Below, piece by piece: positions 28,760 to 38,089 of a stretch of DNA of 64,000 nt; within the stretch, counting starts at the first letter, position 1, and every line of letters starts with the position of its first letter. This DNA comes from a virus, in IMG/VR virus record IMGVR_UViG_3300000976_000011, positions 1 through 64,000 of that record. The stretch is one strand, 5' to 3'. The position numbers and the translations under genes were made by a program. The notes below the pieces were generated by a model. It did not search any database and was not told where the DNA came from. It saw only the letters and a list, made by a program, of their open reading frames with translations.

Positions 28760-29200
28760 CTATAGTTTGTTAATTGTAATTCCTGTTTCTTTCATAATAT
28801 CATATCCTAATTCAGAAGATTCTGACCATCGAGTCTCTGATTCAGGGTCACAATTTTTAAAAAATATTGTATCTACACCTACTTGAGCTATTGCTGAAGC
28901 GCATTGATGGCAAATGGGTAAACCATACACATACATATAAGAACCCTGTAATTTTATACCATTACGTGTTGCGTTGTAAATACAATTTTGTTCTCCGTGT
29001 ACAATATACTTATATTTAGTCTCTCTTTCTCTATATCGCTTCTCAGTATCTGAAATGCCTCTAGCAAAACCATTATATCCAGTTGATAAAATGTTTTTAG
29101 TATCTGGATTTATAGCAACTACTCCAATCTTAGTAGAAGGATCTTTAGACCAAGTAGAAATATGCTCAGCAAGATTTATAAATTTTTCGTTCCAACTCAC
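28760..29200 (-). CDS. cd: dCMP deaminase
   Basis: WSKDPST, GYNG, HGEQN, PICHQC. Confidence 0.93.
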   Translation of the reverse strand: MSWNEKFINLAEHISTWSKDPSTKIGVVAINPDTKNILSTGYNGFARGISDTEKRYRERETKYKYIVHGEQNCIYNATRNGIKLQGSYMYVYGLPICHQCASAIAQVGVDTIFFKNCDPESETRWSESSELGYDIMKETGITINKL

Positions 29201-29490
29201 GCTGACTCTGGTTTAGAAATATATGAACTTCCATCGTGGCCACATCCAGCAAATAAAAATTCTATATTATCCTTTTTGTAAGAGATCCACCAGTCATATT
29301 GCCAGCCATTGCAATCAAATTCTTCAGATTCTTCCCAGCCATTTCTATGAGCATAACGACTGACATCAGCTGGTGAAACATAGATGTCGAAATTAATGGA
29401 ATCTAATTCATTAGGTCCATTAGAGTCTTCTGTTAATTTGTTAATAGCATCATCTATTAAAAGATTTGGATCATCGTTATATGTTTTCAT
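29197..29490 (-). CDS. hypothetical protein
   Basis: NGWQYDWW motif; packed. Confidence 0.65.
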   Translation of the reverse strand: MKTYNDDPNLLIDDAINKLTEDSNGPNELDSINFDIYVSPADVSRYAHRNGWEESEEFDCNGWQYDWWISYKKDNIEFLFAGCGHDGSSYISKPESA

Positions 29491-29807
29491 AGTAAACTCT
29501 TCTTTTCACCGTAAGGATAATACTTTATAGACTCCAATGAATGCCAACCATATTCACCGTAGGGTGCCATATCGGCCACGGCTTCCAGATCTAAATAGTC
29601 GGGATCATCTTCTTCGATAGCTTCAGCCCAATGACCATGATATTCGCTACAAGCGAAGTCTTCATAGTTAGGAAATCTTCGTTTAACGACGGCGATTCGT
29701 CGCTTTAATTCTTCTAAGCCTTCGTCTGTAACAGAGATTACTCGTGTTAAATAATCCGCATCATTAGTATCAACTACAACTTCTACATACCACTTATATT
29801 CTTTCAT
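29487..29807 (-). CDS. hypothetical protein
   Basis: DTNDADY...PYGEYG.HSLES phage family pattern. Confidence 0.7.
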   Translation of the reverse strand: MKEYKWYVEVVVDTNDADYLTRVISVTDEGLEELKRRIAVVKRRFPNYEDFACSEYHGHWAEAIEEDDPDYLDLEAVADMAPYGEYGWHSLESIKYYPYGEKKSLL

Positions 29808-29822
29808 AATTTAATTATCTTG

Positions 29823-30041
29823 TTATCCTAATAACTCACCTAATTTAAAATATTTTCTAGGCTTATTATAATGGTTTGATATTCTTCGTTCAAGAAATTG
29901 CAACCAGACATATGAACCGTCATCCATCTTAACGGGTATAATAGCAAAATGTTTATGCCATTTATCATATTTTTTATATCTGAGTTTTCTTCTTTGTTTA
30001 AAGAAAATTTTGATATTATCTAGTCTCAAATTAATTATCAC
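29823..30041 (-). CDS. hypothetical protein
   Basis: WH..FA..PV......VWL motif. Confidence 0.6.
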   Translation of the reverse strand: MIINLRLDNIKIFFKQRRKLRYKKYDKWHKHFAIIPVKMDDGSYVWLQFLERRISNHYNKPRKYFKLGELLG

Positions 30042-30210
30042 AATTATACATCCATCTTAGTTTTCCGCCATGATCCTGAGAAACTATAGAAGTCTTTTTA
30101 CAATTTTCTTCTAACCAAGCTTCATTAGTATGATTATCATATACCATTTTTCCAAATAAGTAAATTGCTATACACCAAATACTTATAGTTAATATTTGCA
30201 ATACTCTCAT
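30031..30210 (-). CDS. small membrane protein
   Basis: TAATG overlap; N-terminal hydrophobic helix. Confidence 0.55.
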   Translation of the reverse strand: MRVLQILTISIWCIAIYLFGKMVYDNHTNEAWLEENCKKTSIVSQDHGGKLRWMYNCDN

Positions 30211-31280
30211 TAAAATAATCCTGTAGCTTCTGAAACTACTTCTGGTTTTCCTGTCCAATGTGGATAAAATTCTCTAGATAAGTGTACTGATCTAGGTTTT
30301 TCCATATAAGCAAAATCTAATTCATCTTTAGAATTTTCTAAATAATCTGTCCACTCTAAAACCTTTATATTAGTATTATTTGTTTCTACATATAATCTAT
30401 CTATAAATTCGCCTCTTATAAAGTCTCTATCGTGCCATGAACCCCAGAATGGTTTACCTTTATGCCATCCTGATTTCGGAACAACTCTGGATTCATTTTC
30501 GATAGGTAATGGAACATATATAGAAGCATTTTTTATATTTAGACTTTTAATCTGATTAACGTATCTGATTACTAAATCATTAACTATACCTTTAGCTTCA
30601 TCTAGATTTTTACTTAAACGATAAATATGATGTCTTATATCTATATTTCCAAAATAAAATTCTAAAGAATCATAATGATTCAAATTTTGAGGTATAAAAC
30701 TTTCTAAGCCTCGGTTGATGGCCCCATTAAGCGTTTGAAAAGGTACACTATTAACAGCCCAACCAGCTCTATACATACTAATTGCATGAGAGTCTCCTAA
30801 AACTAATTTTTTAGAATTAAAATTATTAGCAGGATCAAAATAATCTTCTTGTTTAGATAACTTAGTTAACTCTGCTAAATCTATATTGTCCCAAATTTCT
30901 GGATATCCGGATTGAGATTTTAATCTATTATATACCATAAAGCCATAATCTGGCATTGGTATTTTACAAGATATTATTTCTTTATTATTAAATTTACAAT
31001 ATTTAGCATATAAAGAAATTTTAGCTAGCTGTCTTGCAACAGGTTCATTTTTTAAACCACCAAATAAATTTAATGAACCTGAGAAGTCATTACCATGATA
31101 TAAATAAATTTTATCATATTCCAAATAATCTTCTATGATATTATCAGATGTCTCAATATCTACTACATCATCTGTATATTTAGTCTTAATCATATCATAA
31201 AGAATCCAGCCTTCTGCTGATTTATGAGAATATAATCGACTTGATATTAAGTTAACTGGTCCCGTTATAAGTATCTTCAT
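30210..31280 (-). CDS. SGNH-like protein of DNA-modification cluster
   Basis: LVLGDSH, YFGNIDIRHH, RSVHLS; ends in GLF. Confidence 0.6.
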   Translation of the reverse strand: MKILITGPVNLISSRLYSHKSAEGWILYDMIKTKYTDDVVDIETSDNIIEDYLEYDKIYLYHGNDFSGSLNLFGGLKNEPVARQLAKISLYAKYCKFNNKEIISCKIPMPDYGFMVYNRLKSQSGYPEIWDNIDLAELTKLSKQEDYFDPANNFNSKKLVLGDSHAISMYRAGWAVNSVPFQTLNGAINRGLESFIPQNLNHYDSLEFYFGNIDIRHHIYRLSKNLDEAKGIVNDLVIRYVNQIKSLNIKNASIYVPLPIENESRVVPKSGWHKGKPFWGSWHDRDFIRGEFIDRLYVETNNTNIKVLEWTDYLENSKDELDFAYMEKPRSVHLSREFYPHWTGKPEVVSEATGLF

Positions 31281-31636
31281 TTAATAATCTGTCCGTTATT
31301 TCTTTTACTACTAAATCATGCATATCGTTCGCTTCATCATCAGCATCTATATTATCTATAAACCATTTTGATTGAAATGAAACTTGTTTACTTACATCAG
31401 CATCATTATATCTATAATCATCTTTTTAGATAAAAAGGCCATAGTTTCAAAATATCTTCCAGGTCCAATTTCTAAAAATCCAGTATCTAATTTATTTTTT
31501 TCTAAGACCTACAGTAGAAACTACAATTTTTACACCGTCATATCTTTCAATTAGTGTATTTCTTCTAAATAAACAGTCCATAGCATAAATATAATGACCA
31601 GCCCCAACCTCTTTCTCTCTTATGAACGTATCTCAT
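31252..31636 (-). pseudogene. frameshifted phage hypothetical gene (RERGWAGH...CLFRRNTL...IVVSTVG...RYFETMAF)
   Basis: Coherent protein recovered only after correcting three homopolymer indels (G4, A7, A5). Confidence 0.7.
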
Positions 31637-31639
31637 AAT

Positions 31640-31936
31640 TTAAGTATAATCTCTAAGCTGAGTTTGTAACTCGTTACATGCTAAATCTACTACTCCATAT
31701 TTAACTTCATTTGTAACTAAATTTCTTAGGCCTAGAAGCATTAATTTTCCAGGTAACTCAACTTCAATTATATCTAGCGGAAAAAATTCTTCCAGTGCGC
31801 AAGAATTTAAATTTTCCAAATCTGATATTTCATCGCAGAAATCAAATTCAACGGCTTTATAGAAACATGTCCATTCGCCTTCTAAGTTTAATTGTTCTTT
31901 AGCTTTATCTATATCGCCAATAGTTAATAAGTTCAT
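31640..31936 (-). CDS. hypothetical protein
   Basis: Packed ORF. Confidence 0.65.
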   Translation of the reverse strand: MNLLTIGDIDKAKEQLNLEGEWTCFYKAVEFDFCDEISDLENLNSCALEEFFPLDIIEVELPGKLMLLGLRNLVTNEVKYGVVDLACNELQTQLRDYT

Positions 31937-31938
31937 AT

Positions 31939-33027
31939 TTAAAATAATCCATCTGATTCATGTTTTCGTTTATTAATTATATCATAAAACGAATCAAATG
32001 TTAATGGTAATATTCTTTTTATTTGAGCTTTTTCATTATTTTTAATAGCTTCGAAGCAGGCAAATTGACAAAAAGTAATTTCAGTACCAAAAGTTGTGAG
32101 ATATCCATCACGCTCTAAATTATTCTTATAGAATTCAAATAATTCTTCAGATTCAAACTCAAAGAATTCATGTTGGTGATCTCTAATAGATAAAATTATG
32201 TTCTCCATGGCGTTATTGTTATTCAACTTAACATCAGGAAAAACGAATTCCATACCACGTTTAGCACCAGGACCTACAAGACAATAGTTATCATCTTCAT
32301 CTATATGTTTTAAGTCTTCAGACCTACTAAAATTGCATGGAGGATGATAACCAAAATATGGTCCTATGCCTCTATGACTAATTAACCATTCACAAACATC
32401 AGATAATTTATTTTCTTTATCAATCACTACAGAGCTAAGACCTAAATCGTCCAAATGCACTATCCATTCTATCATATCAGATAAATGAAATTTTCTTTGA
32501 GGGTCAACATATTTTTCTCTGCAATAATTTCTTGCAGCAGTCTGTAATGATGTCTGTAATTGTGTTTTACCCCACACGGCTAACTTCATTTGATTTATAT
32601 TTAGGTTCTCATTAATAAAATCAAAGTATTTAACGTCCTTTCTATAAAGATCAAAATCTATTATATTAGAATAATCTAGAGAGTTGGTGGCCACTAGGGT
32701 AAGTGTTGGCATTCCAACAAATTTTACTACCATAGCATTAAGAATTTTATTTCTTAATGAAGTATCTTTATTAAATACAAAATTTTCTAGCCAATATACT
32801 TCAGCGTGCTTAGATCGATTTGGATTCCAATATGAAACTTCTTGTCTCATAGCAGGCCCAAATAAAGGATTCTCTACATACTCATCTATACGATCTGATT
32901 CTCTAAGACATTCTCGCTTAAAGAAATCTAAGACCCATGTATTAAAATAATCAAAATTTTCTTTATTGGTCATATCTTTAAGTTGACCTAAAGATAGCGG
33001 TTTTTCTTTATAAGATTGTATCTTCAA
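31939..33027 (-). CDS. aGPT-Pplase / amino acid:DNA transferase-like (HhH fold) DNA-modifying enzyme
   Basis: RGIGPYFGY, VGPGAKRGM..VF, E...CQF motifs; ends in GLF. Confidence 0.75.
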   Translation of the reverse strand: MKIQSYKEKPLSLGQLKDMTNKENFDYFNTWVLDFFKRECLRESDRIDEYVENPLFGPAMRQEVSYWNPNRSKHAEVYWLENFVFNKDTSLRNKILNAMVVKFVGMPTLTLVATNSLDYSNIIDFDLYRKDVKYFDFINENLNINQMKLAVWGKTQLQTSLQTAARNYCREKYVDPQRKFHLSDMIEWIVHLDDLGLSSVVIDKENKLSDVCEWLISHRGIGPYFGYHPPCNFSRSEDLKHIDEDDNYCLVGPGAKRGMEFVFPDVKLNNNNAMENIILSIRDHQHEFFEFESEELFEFYKNNLERDGYLTTFGTEITFCQFACFEAIKNNEKAQIKRILPLTFDSFYDIINKRKHESDGLF

Positions 33028-33749
33028 TCGACTTTCCTACGGTAAAATAAATCAAATCCAAATAATGAACCCGTATACTCTACTCCAAATGCTTCGCGCA
33101 TAACAGGATCCTTACCAACAAAACCGTAATTAGGTGTAGCTGAGACTAATTCAAAACCTTGAGCTAGAATGTACTTTTGATAATTAGCCTCGAAATCCAG
33201 AATATATTTTTCTGAATGAACTTCGAGAGACATCTCTTCGACAGAATTCGGTACAATAAAGTTTTCGTTTAAAAAATCTTTTTCAGCGCCTTCGATATCC
33301 ATTTTAATATGCGTGTATTTCCACATAGATAAAATAGTGTGAATATTTAAATTCTTTACTACGGTTTTAGTTAAAGCTTTTGTAACTTTTGCTGGATTAA
33401 CAGTTGCACTACATGAAAACTGTTTGCTATTTCTTATATAGAAAGCGATCTCTGGATCTTCAGAGTTAGAAACAGCCGCATTTAAAATTTTACCGTTTTC
33501 AGGCATATTATTTAATGCGCACTCATAATTAGATTTAAGAGCTTCGATACCTAAATATGCCTTTACGTTGGCTTCTTTACATATATGAGCAAAGCCACCG
33601 CAGTGAACACCTAGATCTAAAACTACAGAATTTTCATCTAATGAGAAATATGTATAATTTTGTAGACATTCATTTACCATACCTCGGTCAGTACTTTCAT
33701 AGATTGGGTCATCTCTAATAATGACTCCTTTATATTCTTTATAATTCAT
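33024..33749 (-). CDS. FkbM-family SAM-dependent methyltransferase
   Basis: VLDLGVHCGGF, GIEA, NAAVS, IKMDIEGAE, LEVH. Confidence 0.88.
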   Translation of the reverse strand: MNYKEYKGVIIRDDPIYESTDRGMVNECLQNYTYFSLDENSVVLDLGVHCGGFAHICKEANVKAYLGIEALKSNYECALNNMPENGKILNAAVSNSEDPEIAFYIRNSKQFSCSATVNPAKVTKALTKTVVKNLNIHTILSMWKYTHIKMDIEGAEKDFLNENFIVPNSVEEMSLEVHSEKYILDFEANYQKYILAQGFELVSATPNYGFVGKDPVMREAFGVEYTGSLFGFDLFYRRKVD

Positions 33750-33919
33750 TTCTTTAATTTCCTACAATACGCAAGCGCTTGATTATGACGACGTAATTGT
33801 TCTTCTACACATTTTATAGCTAATTTTACACAAGCTTTTTCTTCATGATGGCAGTCATCAAAATTAAGCTCACCTAGAAAATCTTTTAAATACTCTATAG
33901 TTTTCTCATAATCTTTCAT
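33746..33919 (-). CDS. small hypothetical protein (57 aa)
   Basis: ATGA overlaps at both ends. Confidence 0.55.
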   Translation of the reverse strand: MKDYEKTIEYLKDFLGELNFDDCHHEEKACVKLAIKCVEEQLRRHNQALAYCRKLKK

Positions 33920-34302
33920 AAATGTCTCACGTTCTCTTTTTCGACTAAATCATGCACTAATAATATCACATGCACGTCTGGATGTACATCAGTAATTTCT
34001 TTGGCTTGAACAGGGTCATCTTCAAAATGAATTCCTACTATATATCTCTGTTTAAGTTTACTGATGATGTTAGCTTTATGTTTACCAGATGATTGCCTAG
34101 TTTTTTTAGAAAAATGTCTAGGATTTAAAAACAATTTATTCTTAATTCCTTTAGACTCTAACATTTCTAAAGTCTCTTTTTCTTCTTGAAATGATCTTCC
34201 TGTTATGATGATATCGTCAGGGCCTGGATAGACCCCTCCGTATTCTCCCATAAAGATAACGCCGTCGATATCAAAAGTATTAATTATTTTTCTAGTAGTC
34301 AT
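33916..34302 (-). CDS. HAD-superfamily phosphatase
   Basis: FDIDGV, IITGR, K, HFEDD. Confidence 0.85.
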   Translation of the reverse strand: MTTRKIINTFDIDGVIFMGEYGGVYPGPDDIIITGRSFQEEKETLEMLESKGIKNKLFLNPRHFSKKTRQSSGKHKANIISKLKQRYIVGIHFEDDPVQAKEITDVHPDVHVILLVHDLVEKENVRHL

Positions 34303-34504
34303 CAGTTATATCCAAAAATAAATCTTCCATTTGATCCATAGATTCTCTAAATTGTGTTAATAGATCAAACATAGCTTCTTTTTCTAATTCTACATTTGCA
34401 TTTCTAGCTGTCGAATAAGAAGCTTCCCAAATAGAATCATTTTGTTGAATTATTTCTTCTAATTTATTTTCAACATCAGTTCTTAAATCATCAAATTTTT
34501 TCAT
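34292..34504 (-). CDS. hypothetical protein
   Basis: Packed ORF. Confidence 0.6.
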   Translation of the reverse strand: MKKFDDLRTDVENKLEEIIQQNDSIWEASYSTARNANVELEKEAMFDLLTQFRESMDQMEDLFLDITDDY

Positions 34505-34505
34505 G

Positions 34506-34853
34506 TTATCCTATTCTCTGATATATTAAAGCTGTGACTATTGTCCATTCATCAAAACTATCACCATAACCTTCTTTCATCATATCAAATAAAACTTCTT
34601 TATTTCTAGCGCAAACATTGTGCTCCATTTTAAGCAGTCTTGATGGTATATTAAAAAAATCTCCAGTCCAGAAACCTAGTGATATTCCCTTTCCAACCAA
34701 TTTATCTTCTTTATCATCACTAAACTCTTCTACTAAATGAAATTTTTCATTAGGCTGTATAGCCCACTTTAAACCCTTTCTTATAGTAACACCTATATCA
34801 AAACATGCTAGATCAAATGTGTGGTCTAAATTTTTTAGTTGTTTAGTAGTCAT
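34506..34853 (-). CDS. ASCH/PUA-like hypothetical protein
   Basis: GVTIRKG.KW motif; weak. Confidence 0.4.
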   Translation of the reverse strand: MTTKQLKNLDHTFDLACFDIGVTIRKGLKWAIQPNEKFHLVEEFSDDKEDKLVGKGISLGFWTGDFFNIPSRLLKMEHNVCARNKEVLFDMMKEGYGDSFDEWTIVTALIYQRIG

Positions 34854-36117
34854 TTTTAGAATCCTGAAAAGTATATTCTAAATCAGATACTACTGGATCT
34901 TTAGTAGCTAATTGTTTTCTAGTGGTTGAAGTTAACTCTCGACGCGCTAAAGCGTCACACTCAAATTTTGCATCTTCAGTTTTCATTTGTACTGGTGGGC
35001 TTTTCTGAGTCCAAGCAGATGGGCCACGTAAGTAACCTACTAATCCCATCTCAGCAGCTACTTGAGCGAAACGAATTGCCGAAATAACAACTCCACCTGA
35101 ATTAGGTGAATCTTGAACAGATAATCTAGCAGTTAATTCATAACGAGCGCCAGCAAAACCATAAGCAACAATATCAAAATTAGCAATCTTATTGTCAGAC
35201 CCAATATATTCGCCACCTGGTTTTTGCTGTACGGTTAATGAGGGACCAGCGAACAATGTCATACCTTCTATAGACTCGTCTCGTACATGATTCTGACCTT
35301 TCAGAACGTTTTCTTTAGAAATATGTTTATTTTCTAAGCGGTCCTGTTTAGCCATATTTAGAAAATCAGTATTTGCTGTACGACCTGTCCGAATATGTTC
35401 TTGGCCTTGAGTAGAACCAGATGCCATATTGGTTTGGATGTGTTGAGTTACCATTAAACCAGAATCAATCATAGCTCCTTGTAAAACTTCAGACATTCTA
35501 GAAGCTCCCCATGCTGAACGCATATCAGAACCTACAAATGTTAAACCTGCATTAATAAATTTTTGTTCGACTCTTTTAGTATCTTCAGTAGAAATTAAAG
35601 TTGGAATACAATTAACAAAATGAACGCCTGCTTTAAGTGCTACATCTACCCAAAATTTCGAAGCTTCTTCAGACCCAACAGGTAAATAATTTACTAACAT
35701 ATCTACATCGAACGATTCAATTAAATCTACCGCTTCAGTGAAAGACACAGCCGTGTCAGCTTCAGTTCTAAAAGAGACATCTTCAGGATAATCATACATA
35801 TGAGGAGCTACGCCATCCAACAAAGGAGCAGAAAAAACTCCCGCTGAGTGTGGAACTACATTAGAAGTAATTTCTTTTACATGATTCATTGCACAATTTG
35901 GTTTAGCTAAAATTGCTTCTCTAAGATTTATTCCTACCTTTCTACGATCAACATCAAAGCCAATAACATATTCAATATCATTAACAGTATAGCCGCCAAT
36001 ATCTTCATACATTAAGCCGACTTTATCTTGAGGATTATCTTGATAATATTGAGTTCCTTGAATAAGGGAAGAAGCGCAGTTACCGACACCGATGATGCCA
36101 ACACGAATTTTTTTCAT
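34843..36117 (-). CDS. ino1: myo-inositol-1-phosphate synthase (Ino1 family)
   Basis: GIIGVGNCASSLIQG, FDVD..KVG, NYLPVGS, FVNCIP, NTDFLNM, SK, DSPNSGGV, KSPP. Confidence 0.93.
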   Translation of the reverse strand: MKKIRVGIIGVGNCASSLIQGTQYYQDNPQDKVGLMYEDIGGYTVNDIEYVIGFDVDRRKVGINLREAILAKPNCAMNHVKEITSNVVPHSAGVFSAPLLDGVAPHMYDYPEDVSFRTEADTAVSFTEAVDLIESFDVDMLVNYLPVGSEEASKFWVDVALKAGVHFVNCIPTLISTEDTKRVEQKFINAGLTFVGSDMRSAWGASRMSEVLQGAMIDSGLMVTQHIQTNMASGSTQGQEHIRTGRTANTDFLNMAKQDRLENKHISKENVLKGQNHVRDESIEGMTLFAGPSLTVQQKPGGEYIGSDNKIANFDIVAYGFAGARYELTARLSVQDSPNSGGVVISAIRFAQVAAEMGLVGYLRGPSAWTQKSPPVQMKTEDAKFECDALARRELTSTTRKQLATKDPVVSDLEYTFQDSKNDY

Positions 36118-36151
36118 TTTTATACCTTTATGTTTATATCAGTTTATTTAA

Positions 36152-36200
36152 GTGACAAATTTGACCAGATTATCTGGAGTAGGTCACATATCTATTTATG
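36152..36200 (-). promoter_or_regulatory. late-promoter-like CATAAATA plus structured leader of ino1
   Basis: GTGAC/GTCAC closing stem enclosing CCAGA-TAA-TCTGG hairpin. Confidence 0.5.
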
Positions 36201-36527
36201 ATTTGTAGCAGACAAAAATATTTCCATTTCTGCGCCTTCAAGAGTTATATAATCAATCATATTAGAATTATATAACAAAACAAATCTTCTGTAAATATCT
36301 TCAATTTGTGCTCGTTGAATAATAAGTCCAGTATATTTGTTAAGATTTTCTTCTTCAATTTCTTTTAAAACTGCTTTATTAGAAACTGCTTTGCGTCGAA
36401 ATATCCGTAAACCATTAGACATTTTTTCTCGAATTTGTTCAAAATTAACTTTTAAGAAATAATCTATTTCATTCTCTATAATAGGAAAATTATTCTTAAA
36501 ATCGTTAATCGGAATTTGAATTTGCAT
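36192..36527 (-). CDS. hypothetical protein
   Basis: Packed ORF. Confidence 0.6.
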   Translation of the reverse strand: MQIQIPINDFKNNFPIIENEIDYFLKVNFEQIREKMSNGLRIFRRKAVSNKAVLKEIEEENLNKYTGLIIQRAQIEDIYRRFVLLYNSNMIDYITLEGAEMEIFLSATNHK

Positions 36528-37293
36528 ATTCGCTCTCAGGATATAATTTGTTATAAGAAGATTTTGTAATATCTAGCATTCCAGTTTTAATAAAATGATC
36601 TACAATATAAAAATGTCTTTCATATACGTGAAGATTTTGAACCTGCCAAAACATATTACCAACTGATAAATTTAAATCTTTAGCTAATTCTTTAAGAACA
36701 TAATCTTGCCACGCTTTATCATTACGATATCCAAAATAAACATCATTAGATCTCATTTGGACGACGCAATCAAGCTTGCCATGTCGAATATAATAGCTTA
36801 CTGAGTTAGTACAGACAAAATCATTTTTGCCGTTTTCACAATAATCATAATGCATGGTAGGTCTATTATAAATCATAGATGCTCTACGAGAATCTGGATT
36901 AGTCTTTAATTCTTGGAAAACATTATTATATTGATCTCCATATTTTTCTGAAAAAATAAGTAATCCATAATTAGAATTAATTTCGCCATCAGGGTTAGCA
37001 GCATATGACCACGCTTGTGGTGGCTGAAATTGTCTACCATTAATATCTAAAATATTACTTGATTGACTTTCATACCATTTTAATTCTTTTTCAATATAAT
37101 CTTTATTTGGAGTACCGAAAATGGCTTCTTCGTTAGCTTTAAAAGAAGCTCCTATTAATTCTATAGTTTTTACGCCTGTTTTATCAGTAGTAAAATGTTT
37201 ATAGAATAACATATCAGCAAAATGTTCTCTTATATTATCCATATCTGATGTGTTTTTCCACTTCATAGGTTTACCTTGTTCTATAATAGCCAT
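36505..37293 (-). CDS. 42: dCMP hydroxymethylase (T4 gp42-like)
   Basis: E..WY, INSNYG, SRRA, DFVCTN (catalytic Cys), MRSND..FGYRND (Asp specifying dCMP), LHVYERHF. Confidence 0.9.
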   Translation of the reverse strand: MAIIEQGKPMKWKNTSDMDNIREHFADMLFYKHFTTDKTGVKTIELIGASFKANEEAIFGTPNKDYIEKELKWYESQSSNILDINGRQFQPPQAWSYAANPDGEINSNYGLLIFSEKYGDQYNNVFQELKTNPDSRRASMIYNRPTMHYDYCENGKNDFVCTNSVSYYIRHGKLDCVVQMRSNDVYFGYRNDKAWQDYVLKELAKDLNLSVGNMFWQVQNLHVYERHFYIVDHFIKTGMLDITKSSYNKLYPESEYANSNSD

Positions 37294-37462
37294 TATGTCG
37301 TTAATTTTTTAATAGCAGCATCTTTTTCCTTATGTAATATATTCAGAAAAATATCTAGTTCATCATCACTTATTTCCAAATCTTGAACAATGTCATCTAC
37401 ATGTTCATATCCCATTTCGTTTATAACATTAATGATTCTATTAAAAATTGCATTTTCATACA

Positions 37463-38089
37463 TTATTTAAATACCTCGTAATCTTCTTCTGATTGACCTT
37501 CCATTTGTCCTCTGCAATATGATACAAAGAAACTAAGATAGTTAATTGCATCCTTAGCTGAATCTTCTAAAGATTCGAAATTAGTATCATAATTACTATC
37601 ATCTCTCATGGCTTCCATGACTGACCGCATTCGAAGCATTTTAGCATGAACGATTTCTTGAATAGTAAATAAGCCAGATGGATAATAATCGGATTGTTTT
37701 ACGGAACTATTAGGATTCTGATAGTCTTGAGATTTTTTAAGTTGAAGTTCTATGCATTCAGCTAAAACGTTTACCGATTCTTTAGATTCGTCTAAATCGT
37801 ATTTATTGTATAGGTAATCTTCTATATATGAAGGCAGCTCATGATCTTTTTCAGACTCTTCATAATTATCTGATCGATTCATAGAACCTAAAGCTTGTGC
37901 GATAGGATCTAAAAATTCTGGTTCTTTCGAATATTCAGTTTTACCCATGCCAGATAAAGCATTAACTATAGATGGATCAGTCATTATTTTATCATGATTT
38001 AACATTTGGGTTTTTATTTTATCAGCTTGTTCTTCTGTCATTTTTTCAACATGACCTGTAAAAGGCGCTGTTGGTTGCTTATTGGTCAT
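37463..38089 (-). CDS. Nmad1/DUF1599 nucleotide-modification-associated domain protein
   Basis: ELQ.KKSQDY, DYYP.G, K.LR..S, ESLEDS.KD.INY.SF. Confidence 0.75.
   Translation of the reverse strand: MTNKQPTAPFTGHVEKMTEEQADKIKTQMLNHDKIMTDPSIVNALSGMGKTEYSKEPEFLDPIAQALGSMNRSDNYEESEKDHELPSYIEDYLYNKYDLDESKESVNVLAECIELQLKKSQDYQNPNSSVKQSDYYPSGLFTIQEIVHAKMLRMRSVMEAMRDDSNYDTNFESLEDSAKDAINYLSFFVSYCRGQMEGQSEEDYEVFK

Noticed and set aside
36505-37293. Second thymidylate synthase or dUMP hydroxymethylase
   Set aside because: It has Asp (RND) rather than Asn at the specificity position and gp42-like motifs; a canonical ThyA is present elsewhere.
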